From NCBI GenBank assembly GCA_046706365.1, contig JBJKPN010000185.1:1113-65112 (forward strand): a stretch of DNA of 64,000 nt. The letters are read 5' to 3'. The notes under the pieces are model-generated. The model had not been told where the DNA came from. It saw only the letters and a list, made by a program, of their open reading frames with translations, and did no database searches. The position numbers and the translations under genes were made by a program. Shown in pieces: positions 42,552-52,387 of this stretch. How positions within the stretch are numbered: the stretch's first letter is position 1; every line of letters begins with the position of its first letter. Source of the DNA: Candidatus Kryptoniota bacterium (lineage in GTDB: Bacteria > Bacteroidota > Ignavibacteria > Kryptoniales > JAKASW01).

Positions 42552-44363
42552 ATGAGTCTTTCTCCCCAGTTTATAAGAAATTTCTGCATCATTGCGCACA
42601 TAGATCATGGAAAGTCAACTCTAGCGGACAGGCTTCTCGAGCGCACCGGGACCATAGCTGAGCGGCAAATGGTAGATCAGATACTGGACGATATGCCGTT
42701 GGAGCGGGAGCGAGGGATAACCATTAAGAGTCATGCCATTCAGATGAAGTACGGCGCAAAGGAAGGCGACTCGTACACCCTCAACCTCATCGACACGCCG
42801 GGTCACGTCGATTTCTCCTACGAAGTCTCCCGCTCTTTGGCAGCCTGCGAAGGGGCAATTCTTGTCGTGGATGCGTCGCAGGGCGTCGAAGCACAGACAA
42901 TCAGCAACGTTTACCTCGCGGTCGACGCGGGGCTGGAAATAATTCCCGTTATAAACAAGATAGACCTTCCAAGCGCGATGGTCGACGATGTGAAGAAGCA
43001 GCTTGTCGACCTGATCGGCTGCAAAGAAGAGGAGATACTGCTGGCAAGCGCAAAGGCAAAGGTCGGAATCGATGAAATTCTCGAGGCCATTGTCAAGCGA
43101 ATACCTCCTCCTGCAGGAAACTCGTCCGCGCCGACAAGGGCGCTCGTATTCGACGCCAAGTATGATTCTTACAGGGGCGTCGTGACCTACATCCGCATAG
43201 TAGACGGCGTATTGAAGACAAACGACAAAGTTTTGTTTCACAAGACAGGTAAGGTGTTCCAGGCTGAAGAAGTTGGAGTCCTGGAAATAAGCCGTGAGCC
43301 GGTTCAGGAACTAGAGGCTGGAAATGTCGGCTACCTCATCGCGGGCGTGAAGGAACTCAATGACGCCCGGGTCGGAGATACCGTAATGAATTTCGAGAAC
43401 CAGGCGACTGCCCCGCTCCCCGGCTATCGTGAAGTCAAGCCGATGGTTTTCAGCGGACTTTATCCCGCTCAGAGCGAGCACTTCGAAGAGCTGAGGGATG
43501 CGCTTGCTAAATTTAAATTAAACGACGCAGCTCTACTGTACGAACCGGAAACGTCAACCGCGCTCGGCTTCGGATTCAGGTGCGGCTTCCTCGGACTACT
43601 CCATATGGAAATCGTCCAGGAAAGGCTCGAGCGGGAATTCAACCAGACAATCATCACAACAGTTCCCAACGTCGAATACAAGGTTGTCAGGACAAACGGA
43701 GAAATAGTTCTCGTCGATAATCCCGCAGAGATGCCGAACCCTGCCGAGATTGATCATATCGAAGAGCCATTCGTCACCGCGCAGATTATTTCACCTTCCG
43801 AATTCATCGGCAATGTTATGAAGCTCTGCATGGACAGACGCGGCGTCTACAAGAACACAACTTACATCGATACGAAACGTGCAGACATCCGGTTCGAGCT
43901 TCCCCTCGCCGAAATTGTCTTCGATTTTTTCGACAAGCTGAAGTCACTTACGAGAGGCTATGCTTCTTTCGACTACGACTACCTCGACAACCGCGAGTCG
44001 GACCTGGTGAAACTCGACATATTGCTGAATGGTGAAGTTGTCGATGCACTCTCTTCCGTCGTCCACAAAGAGAAGGCGTACGATTGGGGAAGAAAGCTGA
44101 GCTCCAAGCTGCGCAAGCTGATTCCGAAGCAACTGTTCGAGGTGGTCATTCAGGCCGCAATCGGAAGCAAAATAATTGCGCGCGAAAGCATCTCGCCGAT
44201 AAGGAAGAATGTAATTGCGAAGTGTTACGGCGGTGATATAACCAGGAAGCGAAAGCTGCTCGAGAAGCAGAAAGAAGGCAAGAAGCGAATGAAACAAATC
44301 GGAAGGGTCGAGGTGCCGCAGGAAGCCTTCCTCGCCGTGCTTTCACTTAACGAAGAAGAATAA
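42552..44363 (+). CDS. lepA: translation elongation factor 4
   Basis: 603 aa. [34 protein letters not shown] and the LepA-specific C-terminal domain (..[25 protein letters not shown]). Confidence 0.95.
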   Translation: MSLSPQFIRNFCIIAHIDHGKSTLADRLLERTGTIAERQMVDQILDDMPLERERGITIKSHAIQMKYGAKEGDSYTLNLIDTPGHVDFSYEVSRSLAACEGAILVVDASQGVEAQTISNVYLAVDAGLEIIPVINKIDLPSAMVDDVKKQLVDLIGCKEEEILLASAKAKVGIDEILEAIVKRIPPPAGNSSAPTRALVFDAKYDSYRGVVTYIRIVDGVLKTNDKVLFHKTGKVFQAEEVGVLEISREPVQELEAGNVGYLIAGVKELNDARVGDTVMNFENQATAPLPGYREVKPMVFSGLYPAQSEHFEELRDALAKFKLNDAALLYEPETSTALGFGFRCGFLGLLHMEIVQERLEREFNQTIITTVPNVEYKVVRTNGEIVLVDNPAEMPNPAEIDHIEEPFVTAQIISPSEFIGNVMKLCMDRRGVYKNTTYIDTKRADIRFELPLAEIVFDFFDKLKSLTRGYASFDYDYLDNRESDLVKLDILLNGEVVDALSSVVHKEKAYDWGRKLSSKLRKLIPKQLFEVVIQAAIGSKIIARESISPIRKNVIAKCYGGDITRKRKLLEKQKEGKKRMKQIGRVEVPQEAFLAVLSLNEEE

Positions 44364-44373
44364 TCCAAGGATC

Positions 44374-45303
44374 ATGGAGAGAAAATTGAAACAGTCCACC
44401 GGAACCCGCACTGTGGGACAAACCGCACAAAAGAAACAGAAAAAGGCTCAGAAGAAGAGATTCCGAGACTCGATAGAGGGATTGATATTCGCGATTATTG
44501 CCGCCCTTCTCCTGAAGACCTTTGTCGTCGAAGCATTTAGAATTCCCACGGGGTCGATGGAAAACACGCTCCTAGTAGGCGATTTCCTTCTCGTTAACAA
44601 GTTCATCTACGGGTCGAAAAGCCCGCAGTATCTTCCCTTCACCGATCTCTCGATTCCTTATTTCCAGCTTCCACCGCTGAGGTATCCGCACAGAGGCGAT
44701 GTGGTTGTCTTCAACTGGCCGGGCGACAGAGACGAGGTAAAACCACCCCAGCCTGTGGATTACATAAAAAGATGTATCGGTACGCCGGGCGATACGATAC
44801 AGGTGGTCAACAGGGCGGTGTATGTGAACGGCAAACTTCAGCCCTTCCCTGCCGGCGTGAAGTTCGATACATATACGATCCTCCCGAAAGGTTACCCGAA
44901 CCCGCAGATTTTTCCCGAAGGCTCCGATTTCAACGAAGACAACTATGGACCTGTAGTGGTACCGAAGAAGGGTGAGATCATCCACCTGGATGCTGCCGAC
45001 TATATCAAGTGGAAGATATTCATCGAGCGGGAGGGGAATTCATGCAGTCTTCGTTCGGGCACTGTTTTCGTAGACGACAAGCCTGCGTCTGAATACACGG
45101 TCAAGAACAATTATTATTTCATGATGGGAGACAACAGGGAGAACAGTCTCGACAGCCGGTTCTGGGGGTTTGTGCCTTTCAAGAATATCGTCGGCGAGGC
45201 GATGATTGTCTACTGGTCATGGAATCCGGATATTCCCATATACGACATATTTGCAAAGATGGGGAGCGTACGATGGAACAGAATCGGAATGATAATCCAT
45301 TAG
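44374..45303 (+). CDS. lepB: signal peptidase I (S26), copy 1
   Basis: 309 aa with a basic N-terminal tail and one TM helix. Catalytic Ser box IPTGSMENTL, Lys box YIKRCIGTPGD and MMGDNRENSLDSRFWG. Confidence 0.85.
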   Translation: MERKLKQSTGTRTVGQTAQKKQKKAQKKRFRDSIEGLIFAIIAALLLKTFVVEAFRIPTGSMENTLLVGDFLLVNKFIYGSKSPQYLPFTDLSIPYFQLPPLRYPHRGDVVVFNWPGDRDEVKPPQPVDYIKRCIGTPGDTIQVVNRAVYVNGKLQPFPAGVKFDTYTILPKGYPNPQIFPEGSDFNEDNYGPVVVPKKGEIIHLDAADYIKWKIFIEREGNSCSLRSGTVFVDDKPASEYTVKNNYYFMMGDNRENSLDSRFWGFVPFKNIVGEAMIVYWSWNPDIPIYDIFAKMGSVRWNRIGMIIH

Positions 45304-45306
45304 CTC

Positions 45307-46296
45307 TTGGCAAAGAAGGGACCTATGACATCATCGCGTCGCGATTCGAAGAGTAGGCTTGCGCCTGATAAAACAGACAAGTCCGCCGGCCGCGGCGAAT
45401 CGACACGGACTCAGGCAAAGTCGGACGAGAAGCGGAGCACCTTGCTGCAGAGGACCTACTCGATGGCAGCGAGCTTCATCGCGCCGGTTACTTTTGCCCT
45501 CTTGCTTGTCACTTTTGTGGTGCAGGGATACGGGGTTCCCACGGGCTCTATGGAAAACACGATCATGACCGGTGATTTTCTCTTCGTAAACAAGTTCATC
45601 TACGGAGCAAGACCTCCCAGGTACATCCCCTTGACCAGGATTCCTATTCCATACTTCAGACTCCCCGGTCTCCGCCTCCCGGAACGCGGCGACATCGTCG
45701 TCTTCGATTGGCCGGGAAGCAGAGACGAAGTCAGAACACTCAGGGATACCGATTATGTGAAAAGGTGCATCGGCCTTCCGGGCGACACGATACTGATAGT
45801 CAACCGGGTCGTGTTCGTTAACGGCAAGCGCATCCCATTTCCGCCTGACGTGAAGTTCGTTACTTACACGATAATGCCGAAAGGTTACCCTGATCCATCG
45901 ATATTTCCCGAGGGGTCGGACTTCAATGCCGACAACTACGGACCGCTCGTTGTTCCCATGAAAGGAGAGAAGATCCGCCTGACGGCCGCAGATTTCCCTG
46001 AATGGAAGATCTTTATCGAGCGCGAGGGACACAGATGCAGCCTGAGCAATTCAACAGTGTACGTGGACAACATGCCGACCGCAGAATATACCGTTGAACG
46101 CAATTACTATTTTATGATGGGCGATAACAGGGAAAACAGTGAGGACAGCAGATACTGGGGATTCGTGCCCTTCAGGAACATTGTGGGCGAGCCCATGATA
46201 GTGTACTGGAACTGGAACCAGGGCCTTCCACTTTACGACCTGCCCCAAAAACTTGCATCGATAAAATGGGACCGCATAGGGATAATACCCAGGTAA
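45307..46296 (+). CDS. lepB: signal peptidase I (S26), copy 2 (tandem paralogue)
   Basis: 329 aa with a TTG start. It has the same boxes (VPTGSMENTI, YVKRCIGLPGD, MMGDNRENSEDSRYWG) and is collinear with copy 1. Confidence 0.85.
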   Translation: MAKKGPMTSSRRDSKSRLAPDKTDKSAGRGESTRTQAKSDEKRSTLLQRTYSMAASFIAPVTFALLLVTFVVQGYGVPTGSMENTIMTGDFLFVNKFIYGARPPRYIPLTRIPIPYFRLPGLRLPERGDIVVFDWPGSRDEVRTLRDTDYVKRCIGLPGDTILIVNRVVFVNGKRIPFPPDVKFVTYTIMPKGYPDPSIFPEGSDFNADNYGPLVVPMKGEKIRLTAADFPEWKIFIEREGHRCSLSNSTVYVDNMPTAEYTVERNYYFMMGDNRENSEDSRYWGFVPFRNIVGEPMIVYWNWNQGLPLYDLPQKLASIKWDRIGIIPR

Positions 46297-47465
46297 ACGA
46301 AGTCGAAGGATCCTTTTCTTCAAATCTCGGCGTGTATATTCACATTCCGTTTTGTGAGAAGAAGTGCTTCTATTGCGACTTCTATTCGATCGAGAACCAG
46401 TCACAGCGAAGCGACTTCGTTTCATCCCTCCTGAAAGAAATAGAGCTCTATTCACTGTCGCATCCCAAACGCAGGGCAGACACGATCTTTTTCGGCGGTG
46501 GGACGCCTTCCCTTCTGGCCCCGGCCGAGATGGGACAGATTATCGATAGCGTCCGGAAGAATTTCGAAATCACCCCGGACGCGGAATTCACAATCGAATG
46601 CAACCCCGGGACTGTCGACACGAAATATCTCGCCGAATACCGCGAAATAGGGGCCAACAGGCTGAGCTTCGGAGTCCAGTCCTTTTTCGATGACGAGTTG
46701 AAGTTCCTCTCGCGGATTCACGATTCAAAAGCGGCTGTCGCTGCATTTAAGAAGGCCAGGGACGCCGGCTTTGATAACATAAACATCGACTTGATGTATG
46801 CCCTTCCTGGTCAGACAAAAGAGAGAGTCTTGTCAAATCTCTCTACCGCAGTGGCACTCGCTCCGAATCACATTTCGGCTTACTCGCTGATCGTTGAGCC
46901 GGGCACACCTTTGTTTTCCGCCGTCGCAAATCGTCAGGTATCACCTGCAGATGAAAACACCGAAGCCTTACTCTATGAAACGGTAATGTCGTTCATGGGT
47001 AACAACGGGTTTCACCATTACGAGATTTCCAACTATTCTATTCCAGGTTTCAAATGCAGACACAACCTGAAATACTGGGACGGAGGAGAGTATGCGGGTT
47101 TCGGTCCAAGTGCTCATTCACATCTGGGGAATCGAAGATTTTGGAACGTTTCATCTTTGAATGCATATCTCAGTAAACTGAGCGAGGGGGTACTTCCTAT
47201 TGCGTCAACCGAAAATCTATCACAATCTGAGACTAAGGATGAGTTCATATTTCTCAGTCTCCGGAAGGGGAAGCTGAGTCTGCGACTTCTGAGAGCGACG
47301 CATGGAGTCGAGCTGGCAGGAGAATTCCTGTCCGGGCTTTCGGTATCAGGCTACGCCGTCATTGAAGGAGAAGAACTTGTCCTGACCAGAAAGGGATTTA
47401 CAGTCTGCGATGAGATCGCGAGTGAGATTGCCGGGGTCAGTCCCGATCTAAGCTTCCCTTTGTGA
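46266..47465 (+). CDS. hemW: radical SAM heme chaperone / coproporphyrinogen-III-oxidase-like protein
   Basis: 399 aa. LGVYIHIPFCEKKCFYCDF (CxxxCxxC), GGGTPS and a HemN_C-like C-terminus. The start overlaps lepB-2 by 31 nt. Confidence 0.8.
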   Translation: MGPHRDNTQVNEVEGSFSSNLGVYIHIPFCEKKCFYCDFYSIENQSQRSDFVSSLLKEIELYSLSHPKRRADTIFFGGGTPSLLAPAEMGQIIDSVRKNFEITPDAEFTIECNPGTVDTKYLAEYREIGANRLSFGVQSFFDDELKFLSRIHDSKAAVAAFKKARDAGFDNINIDLMYALPGQTKERVLSNLSTAVALAPNHISAYSLIVEPGTPLFSAVANRQVSPADENTEALLYETVMSFMGNNGFHHYEISNYSIPGFKCRHNLKYWDGGEYAGFGPSAHSHLGNRRFWNVSSLNAYLSKLSEGVLPIASTENLSQSETKDEFIFLSLRKGKLSLRLLRATHGVELAGEFLSGLSVSGYAVIEGEELVLTRKGFTVCDEIASEIAGVSPDLSFPL

Positions 47466-47814
47466 TTACAACCTGAGTCTGGCTGCCTTTGCAGATTCTC
47501 CCTTTCGAGTTTACGCCATCGATAGTGCAGACCAGAGTTTTACCGTCCGTCTCCGACAATTCCGCCGTCACACTAACAGTATCACCGATCCTAGTCGGCG
47601 CAATATGATCAAGACAAATGCCTGCGCCGGCCGCGTCTTCTCCTTCCAGCAAATAGGGCTCGATAAGTTTTCTGGCGGCGAGCTCTGCATAATAGACAAG
47701 TTGAACAGTCGACAGAACCCTGTGAATGATTCTGCCTTCAAAAGCTGCCGAATGGCTCTCCTGTACTCTGAACGATAATGTGTATTTCGCGCCGGGAACT
47801 AAGCCGCCCTTCAT
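47437..47814 (-). CDS. hotdog-fold thioesterase family protein (FlK-like)
   Basis: 125 aa. The pattern ...VLSTVQLVYYAELAARKLI...AGAGICLDHIAPT.IGDTV...A.L.. DGK.L.....V.....I..G is typical of small hotdog thioesterases. The call is tentative. Confidence 0.55.
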   Translation of the reverse strand: MKGGLVPGAKYTLSFRVQESHSAAFEGRIIHRVLSTVQLVYYAELAARKLIEPYLLEGEDAAGAGICLDHIAPTRIGDTVSVTAELSETDGKTLVCTIDGVNSKGRICKGSQTQVVITKGSLDRD

Positions 47815-48242
47815 CTACCCTGTTCCATGTCGCGCCTGCTCAGGAAGAAATCCTTCACTATCCCAAAATCTTCCAGGAGGCCCAGTGCATTCGAAAAGGC
47901 ATTCTCGTTCGCACCGAGAAATTTCCCAAGCAAATCGCGTCCGGTATCCTCCGGCAGACACCCTCTCACTTTGCCCAGAGAATCCAGAAACTTCTTCAGA
48001 GCATCCTCAGCTTCGCCCGATATCCTCGATTTGACATCGTCGTCGGAAATTCCAGCCTCGAGCAGGCGACTCAATTTCTGGAAACTCTTCGCCAGGAAAG
48101 CAAGGTCGCTGAAAACCGACAACTGCCCCGACTTGCTGCAAGCTTCGTACAGTTTTCCCACCTCATCGGGGAAGTTAAGCTCCTTCCCCACGGTCGAGCT
48201 GACCAAAACCGCAAATGCTCTACCGTCCGGCTGCTGGCTCAA
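47811..48242 (-). CDS. hypothetical protein (143 aa, helical, acidic)
   Basis: The frame is supported by 4-nt and 23-nt overlaps with both minus-strand neighbours. Two longer plus-strand ORFs over the same DNA have R/S/P-rich, non-protein-like composition. Confidence 0.45.
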   Translation of the reverse strand: MSQQPDGRAFAVLVSSTVGKELNFPDEVGKLYEACSKSGQLSVFSDLAFLAKSFQKLSRLLEAGISDDDVKSRISGEAEDALKKFLDSLGKVRGCLPEDTGRDLLGKFLGANENAFSNALGLLEDFGIVKDFFLSRRDMEQGR

Positions 48243-49395
48243 TTTCCAGTCTCAAGTCCGCTATTTGTTTAAGCACGAATTTTCTCAACTCGGAATTTTC
48301 AGGCTGCTTGACGAGCAATCTGCCGTTGCTGAGTATCGGTCTGAGTAGCGGCTCTGATGTGCGTTCGGGCTTCTGAGATGCAGGGACGACTTTTCGCCTC
48401 CTCGACCTTCGGTTTATGTAGACCTGCTTTTCGCCCGACAGCTTACCCCGTTTGGAAACCGGCTCCCCTTCCACTTCAATTATGTCCATCGCGAAATCGA
48501 GTACGGGGGCGCTGCTGATAGAGGTACCAACCCCGTACGCATCGACAACAGTGTTTAGTTTCTGAATCGAGAACTCGTCGACTCCGCCGCTGACAAAAAT
48601 CTTCACATCCTTGAATCCGCGAATGTCCAGTTCCCACCTGACTTCCCTGCAAATCGCGAGGAAGTCCCCCCGCCTCGACCCGGGAGTGTCAAGTCTCACG
48701 GCAAAAAGCTTCCTGCCGAGTGCTTCCGCAACTCTAATCGACTCGAACTTCTCATCGTGAAATGTGTCGATCAGAACCGTTCTCTGCACGAGAGGATCCA
48801 TTACCTCATCAAATGCCCGTGCTGCCTGGACAGTATCGTTGAACATCAATATCATCGAATGCGGCATTGTCCCGCTCGGTTTAATTCCGATGTCCTCCGC
48901 ACCCAGCAAAGTGGCGACACCGTCGCATCCGCCTACATACGCATTCCTGTCTATCATGGGGGTGATCGACGGATGCATTCTGCGTGCGCCGAAATGGACG
49001 ACAGGTCTGTCCCCCGCGGCCACTCTTACCCGGGCCGCTTTCGTTGCAATGCCGGAAGCTTGGCACAAAAAGCCCAGGATCGCAGTTTCATGAACACCGA
49101 AATCCTGGTAAACACCCTCTACGATCATTACGGGCTCGTTTGGATAGAACACGGTCCCTTCCCTCATGGCCTTCACTTTCACGGGAAGATTGCTGAGCAG
49201 CGATATGGCTTCGTCGAGACCTGCAAGCACTGCCCAGGGATAATTTCGGGGAAACTTCTTAACTACAAATTCGGCTTTTACGGTCTTATGAATATTCTTC
49301 GCATTAAGCACCTCGAGGGCGCGGGAGAAATATACGTCGGTAACTTTACCTGCAAGTATTTCTTTGGCAGTAGCAATATGAAATGGTTTGTCCAT
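48220..49395 (-). CDS. nicotinate phosphoribosyltransferase (short, archaeal-like type)
   Basis: 391 aa. The N-terminal ...GKVTDVYF.R....L and the type II PRTase barrel blocks (FGARR.HP, GT.PHS, VRLDTPGSRRG) resemble the ~390-aa NAPRTase family. Confidence 0.65.
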   Translation of the reverse strand: MDKPFHIATAKEILAGKVTDVYFSRALEVLNAKNIHKTVKAEFVVKKFPRNYPWAVLAGLDEAISLLSNLPVKVKAMREGTVFYPNEPVMIVEGVYQDFGVHETAILGFLCQASGIATKAARVRVAAGDRPVVHFGARRMHPSITPMIDRNAYVGGCDGVATLLGAEDIGIKPSGTMPHSMILMFNDTVQAARAFDEVMDPLVQRTVLIDTFHDEKFESIRVAEALGRKLFAVRLDTPGSRRGDFLAICREVRWELDIRGFKDVKIFVSGGVDEFSIQKLNTVVDAYGVGTSISSAPVLDFAMDIIEVEGEPVSKRGKLSGEKQVYINRRSRRRKVVPASQKPERTSEPLLRPILSNGRLLVKQPENSELRKFVLKQIADLRLEIEPAAGR

Positions 49396-49404
49396 AGACT
49401 CCGG

Positions 49405-49887
49405 TCAGTTTTCGTGGTCCAGATAAAAGATTTCCGAGTCGGCATCGTAGCCGAACAGCTCGGCATACCTTCCCCAATCGACAAGCGTGTCGAAAAGTCC
49501 ATCCGGCTCTTCGTTGGGAAAGTGAATAGCAAGAATATCCAGGATTACATCGCGCTCGATCCGCTGGTCCTCCACATGCTTGATAGCATCGAGAATTAGC
49601 TGAGTCGTGCCGAGTTTCTTCAACTGGTTCTTGAAGAATTTTTTTCTTGCCCTGATTTTGCCTTTCAGCAGACTGGTTCCGGTATCAGTAATGTTAATGT
49701 CGCCGCCCGGAGTATCCACGAATCCGAGCATCTCGGCGCCCTTTATGATCGAAAGGAATTCTCCGAACTCAAGTCCGCTGTCCCTGGCCAGCTTGTAAAT
49801 GTCGTCCTTTCCACCTTTGTCTTCGAGAATTTCCAGAAGTCCGACAATTTTACTTACTCCTGCTCGAGGCAGGGGTTCAACGTCCAT
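49405..49887 (-). CDS. AAA-associated C-terminal domain protein (accessory to NitT/TauT-type ABC ATPases)
   Basis: 160 aa. The region ...LPRAGVSKIVGLLEILEDKGGKDDIYKLA........L......AE.LGF looks like the winged-helix 'AAA-associated' module usually fused to this ATPase family. The call is tentative. Confidence 0.5.
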   Translation of the reverse strand: MDVEPLPRAGVSKIVGLLEILEDKGGKDDIYKLARDSGLEFGEFLSIIKGAEMLGFVDTPGGDINITDTGTSLLKGKIRARKKFFKNQLKKLGTTQLILDAIKHVEDQRIERDVILDILAIHFPNEEPDGLFDTLVDWGRYAELFGYDADSEIFYLDHEN

Positions 49888-49900
49888 ATACTCCTCATTC

Positions 49901-50653
49901 TTATGTTATCATTGCGAACAGATTATCGCAGTACTGGTTGAACTGATCATCCATCTTATTGCGGGGATAAGGCAGATCTATTTTTATATCGCCGACTATT
50001 CTTCCGGGATGTGCCGACATTACCAGCACGCGGCTGGCCATCGCAACGGCTTCCTCGATAAGGTGAGTTACCATGATGACCGTCTCTACCGGAAAGGTTT
50101 CCTCAGACCAGAGTTTGATGACTTCTTCCCGTAGGTTTGCCGCGGTCAAGGCGTCAAGCGCCGAAAAAGGTTCGTCCATGCTAAGTACCTTCGGCTCGAT
50201 CGCAAGCGCTCGGGCCAATCCGACCCTCTGTTTCATTCCGCCGGAAAGTTCACGCGGGTAAGCTTCTTCAAATCCCGCAAGTCCAACCTGCTCGATGTAG
50301 AATTCCGCTTTCTTTTTTCTATCCGGAATGGAGACTCTCCTGGCCTCCAAGCCAAGCTCGACATTCTCCTGCACAGTAAGCCACGGCAAAAGAGCGAACG
50401 ACTGGAACACCATCGCCGATTCCAGGTTTACCCCGGTCAGGGGTTTGTCCTTGTAGATCACCCGGCCTCCTGAAGGAGTAATAAGCCCGCTCATTATTCT
50501 CAACAACGTGCTCTTTCCGCTGCCCGACGGACCGACAAGCGCGACGAATTCCCCGTCCTGAATTTCAATACTGATATTATCCAGAACCAGCAGTGAAGAA
50601 TGTTCGCGCGGGAACTCCTTCATCACGTGGTCCAATTTTATTAGCGGCATCAA
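49901..50653 (-). CDS. ABC transporter ATP-binding protein (NitT/TauT-like)
   Basis: 250 aa. Walker A GPSGSGKST, Q-loop, signature LSGGMKQRVGLARAL, Walker B VLSMDEPFSALD. Confidence 0.85.
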   Translation of the reverse strand: MMPLIKLDHVMKEFPREHSSLLVLDNISIEIQDGEFVALVGPSGSGKSTLLRIMSGLITPSGGRVIYKDKPLTGVNLESAMVFQSFALLPWLTVQENVELGLEARRVSIPDRKKKAEFYIEQVGLAGFEEAYPRELSGGMKQRVGLARALAIEPKVLSMDEPFSALDALTAANLREEVIKLWSEETFPVETVIMVTHLIEEAVAMASRVLVMSAHPGRIVGDIKIDLPYPRNKMDDQFNQYCDNLFAMIT

Positions 50654-52387
50654 TCAGTACTCGATTTTGAACTTTTCTGCTGCAATTTTATACATTTTAC
50701 GCCAAAACAGCCGATTTATCAACACGATGAAAACCACGAGGCTGACGACGCAAAGCACCATAAGGGATTGACTTCCGAGCTGGTATGTGGCTTTGTCGAG
50801 GAGCGCTCCTATTCCCAAAACAGAGTAAACAGTTCCTCCGAAGACGACGTACTCGGAGACTATGAGTGCGTTCCAGCCGCCTCCCCAGCCTGTAATGCTC
50901 CCGGTAATGAGAGAAGGCATCATGGCAGGCAGAAGAACCTTCAGCCAGTACTTGTGGCGCTTCATACCGAAGGCCGTCGCGACTTCTTTCAGGTCGCCCG
51001 GAACATTCCGGACGCCCGCCACCAGATTGAAAATGATGTACCACTGCATCCCGGTGAGTATCAATGCAATAGCCGCGAGATTCATTCCACCGAACGATTT
51101 TATGAAGAAAAGGAGAACAACCGGAAAAAGAGCCGTAGCGGGAATGGATGCCGCTATCTCGATAACCGGCATCAGGATTCTGGATGCCTTTTCGTTTTCA
51201 CCAATCCATACAGAAACCGGTATCGTCCACAGAAGAGAGATGATGAAGGCCACGACAAGACGGAGAGTGGAAAACAATATCGCCGCCGGGATGTTTGCTG
51301 CATCGGCCGGAAGCGGCGCCTTGAAAAGAGAATAAACTCCTACCGAGAACTCCACGCCGAGATATATCGCCACTGCGAGAAGGACAAGCTTAAGACTTCT
51401 CCTGATAAAAACCTTCGCCTTCGCCATCGATTCCCGGTTGTACCATCCCCTAATGCCAAAGGATACGCGTCCAACGTTCCTCGTGACAAGTTTCGCAAAA
51501 GCTTCCTTGAACCTTACCGGCAGACTCAGGTGAAGCAGGCGCCCGCCCGTGTTTCTCCAGGCGGAGAAAATGGCAGGCTGGTTGGCACTCACTGTGGACA
51601 CGACAAACTCGTAACGGAACTTCTCGGCCCAGATGGTCAGGGGACGCCAGACAAGGAGATGCAACAGCGTTATCAGGGTGGTCAACGTGATCAGTCCGAG
51701 AACAAGTCCGCTAACTGAACCGCTCTCCGCAGCGTGAAACAGAAAGCTCCCGATACCCGCAAGCGAATAATTGGCCTGGCCGACGGCGATAAGCTCGCAC
51801 GCCGTCAGGATGTACCATCCCCCTGCCCAGGACATTATGCTGTTGTAAACCAGCTTGGGAATTGTGGAGGGAAAATAGAACCTGCGGTATCTCAGCCATC
51901 CTCTTATGTTCAGCGAGTCCAGGGCGTCGATCGCTTCTCTCGGAAGCGTGACCATGGTCTCGTAGACGCCGAAAGCCATATTCCAGGCCTGGCTCGTGAA
52001 GATCAGAAACACGCTGGCGAGCTCGACTCCGAAATGACTCTGGTGGAAAAGGCTGACGAAGAAGAAGATGGCGGCCGGGAAAAATCCCAGAACCGGCACG
52101 CTCTGGAGAATGTCCAGGATGGGAATCATGACCTTTTCGAGCCGTTTGTTCGTCCCGGCAAAATGGCCGAAGACCAGCGAGAACATGAGCGCCAGCACGT
52201 AGGCGGCCAGCATCCTGAGAAACGAATAGAATGCAAGGACGGGAAGCCGAAAAAGTCCCTCGGTTTCCACTCTCGGCACGTGAACTTTCGGACCGACGCC
52301 GAATTTCCAAATAAGAATGAATACCAGAGCGAGGAAAATAGAGAGAACGAGGAGATATTTCTGTCGTTCTTTTCCCCCGCTATTCAC
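50654..52387 (-). CDS. ABC transporter permease, duplicated (two fused BPD_transp_1-type modules)
   Basis: 577 aa with about 12 TM helices in two similar halves. It lies immediately upstream of the ATPase with abutting stop and start. Confidence 0.75.
   Translation of the reverse strand: MNSGGKERQKYLLVLSIFLALVFILIWKFGVGPKVHVPRVETEGLFRLPVLAFYSFLRMLAAYVLALMFSLVFGHFAGTNKRLEKVMIPILDILQSVPVLGFFPAAIFFFVSLFHQSHFGVELASVFLIFTSQAWNMAFGVYETMVTLPREAIDALDSLNIRGWLRYRRFYFPSTIPKLVYNSIMSWAGGWYILTACELIAVGQANYSLAGIGSFLFHAAESGSVSGLVLGLITLTTLITLLHLLVWRPLTIWAEKFRYEFVVSTVSANQPAIFSAWRNTGGRLLHLSLPVRFKEAFAKLVTRNVGRVSFGIRGWYNRESMAKAKVFIRRSLKLVLLAVAIYLGVEFSVGVYSLFKAPLPADAANIPAAILFSTLRLVVAFIISLLWTIPVSVWIGENEKASRILMPVIEIAASIPATALFPVVLLFFIKSFGGMNLAAIALILTGMQWYIIFNLVAGVRNVPGDLKEVATAFGMKRHKYWLKVLLPAMMPSLITGSITGWGGGWNALIVSEYVVFGGTVYSVLGIGALLDKATYQLGSQSLMVLCVVSLVVFIVLINRLFWRKMYKIAAEKFKIEY

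Noticed and set aside
47437-47465. 29-nt convergent overlap of the hemW and thioesterase 3' ends
   Set aside because: Convergent overlaps of this size are common in compact genomes. There is no hairpin or other signal to suggest a special mechanism.
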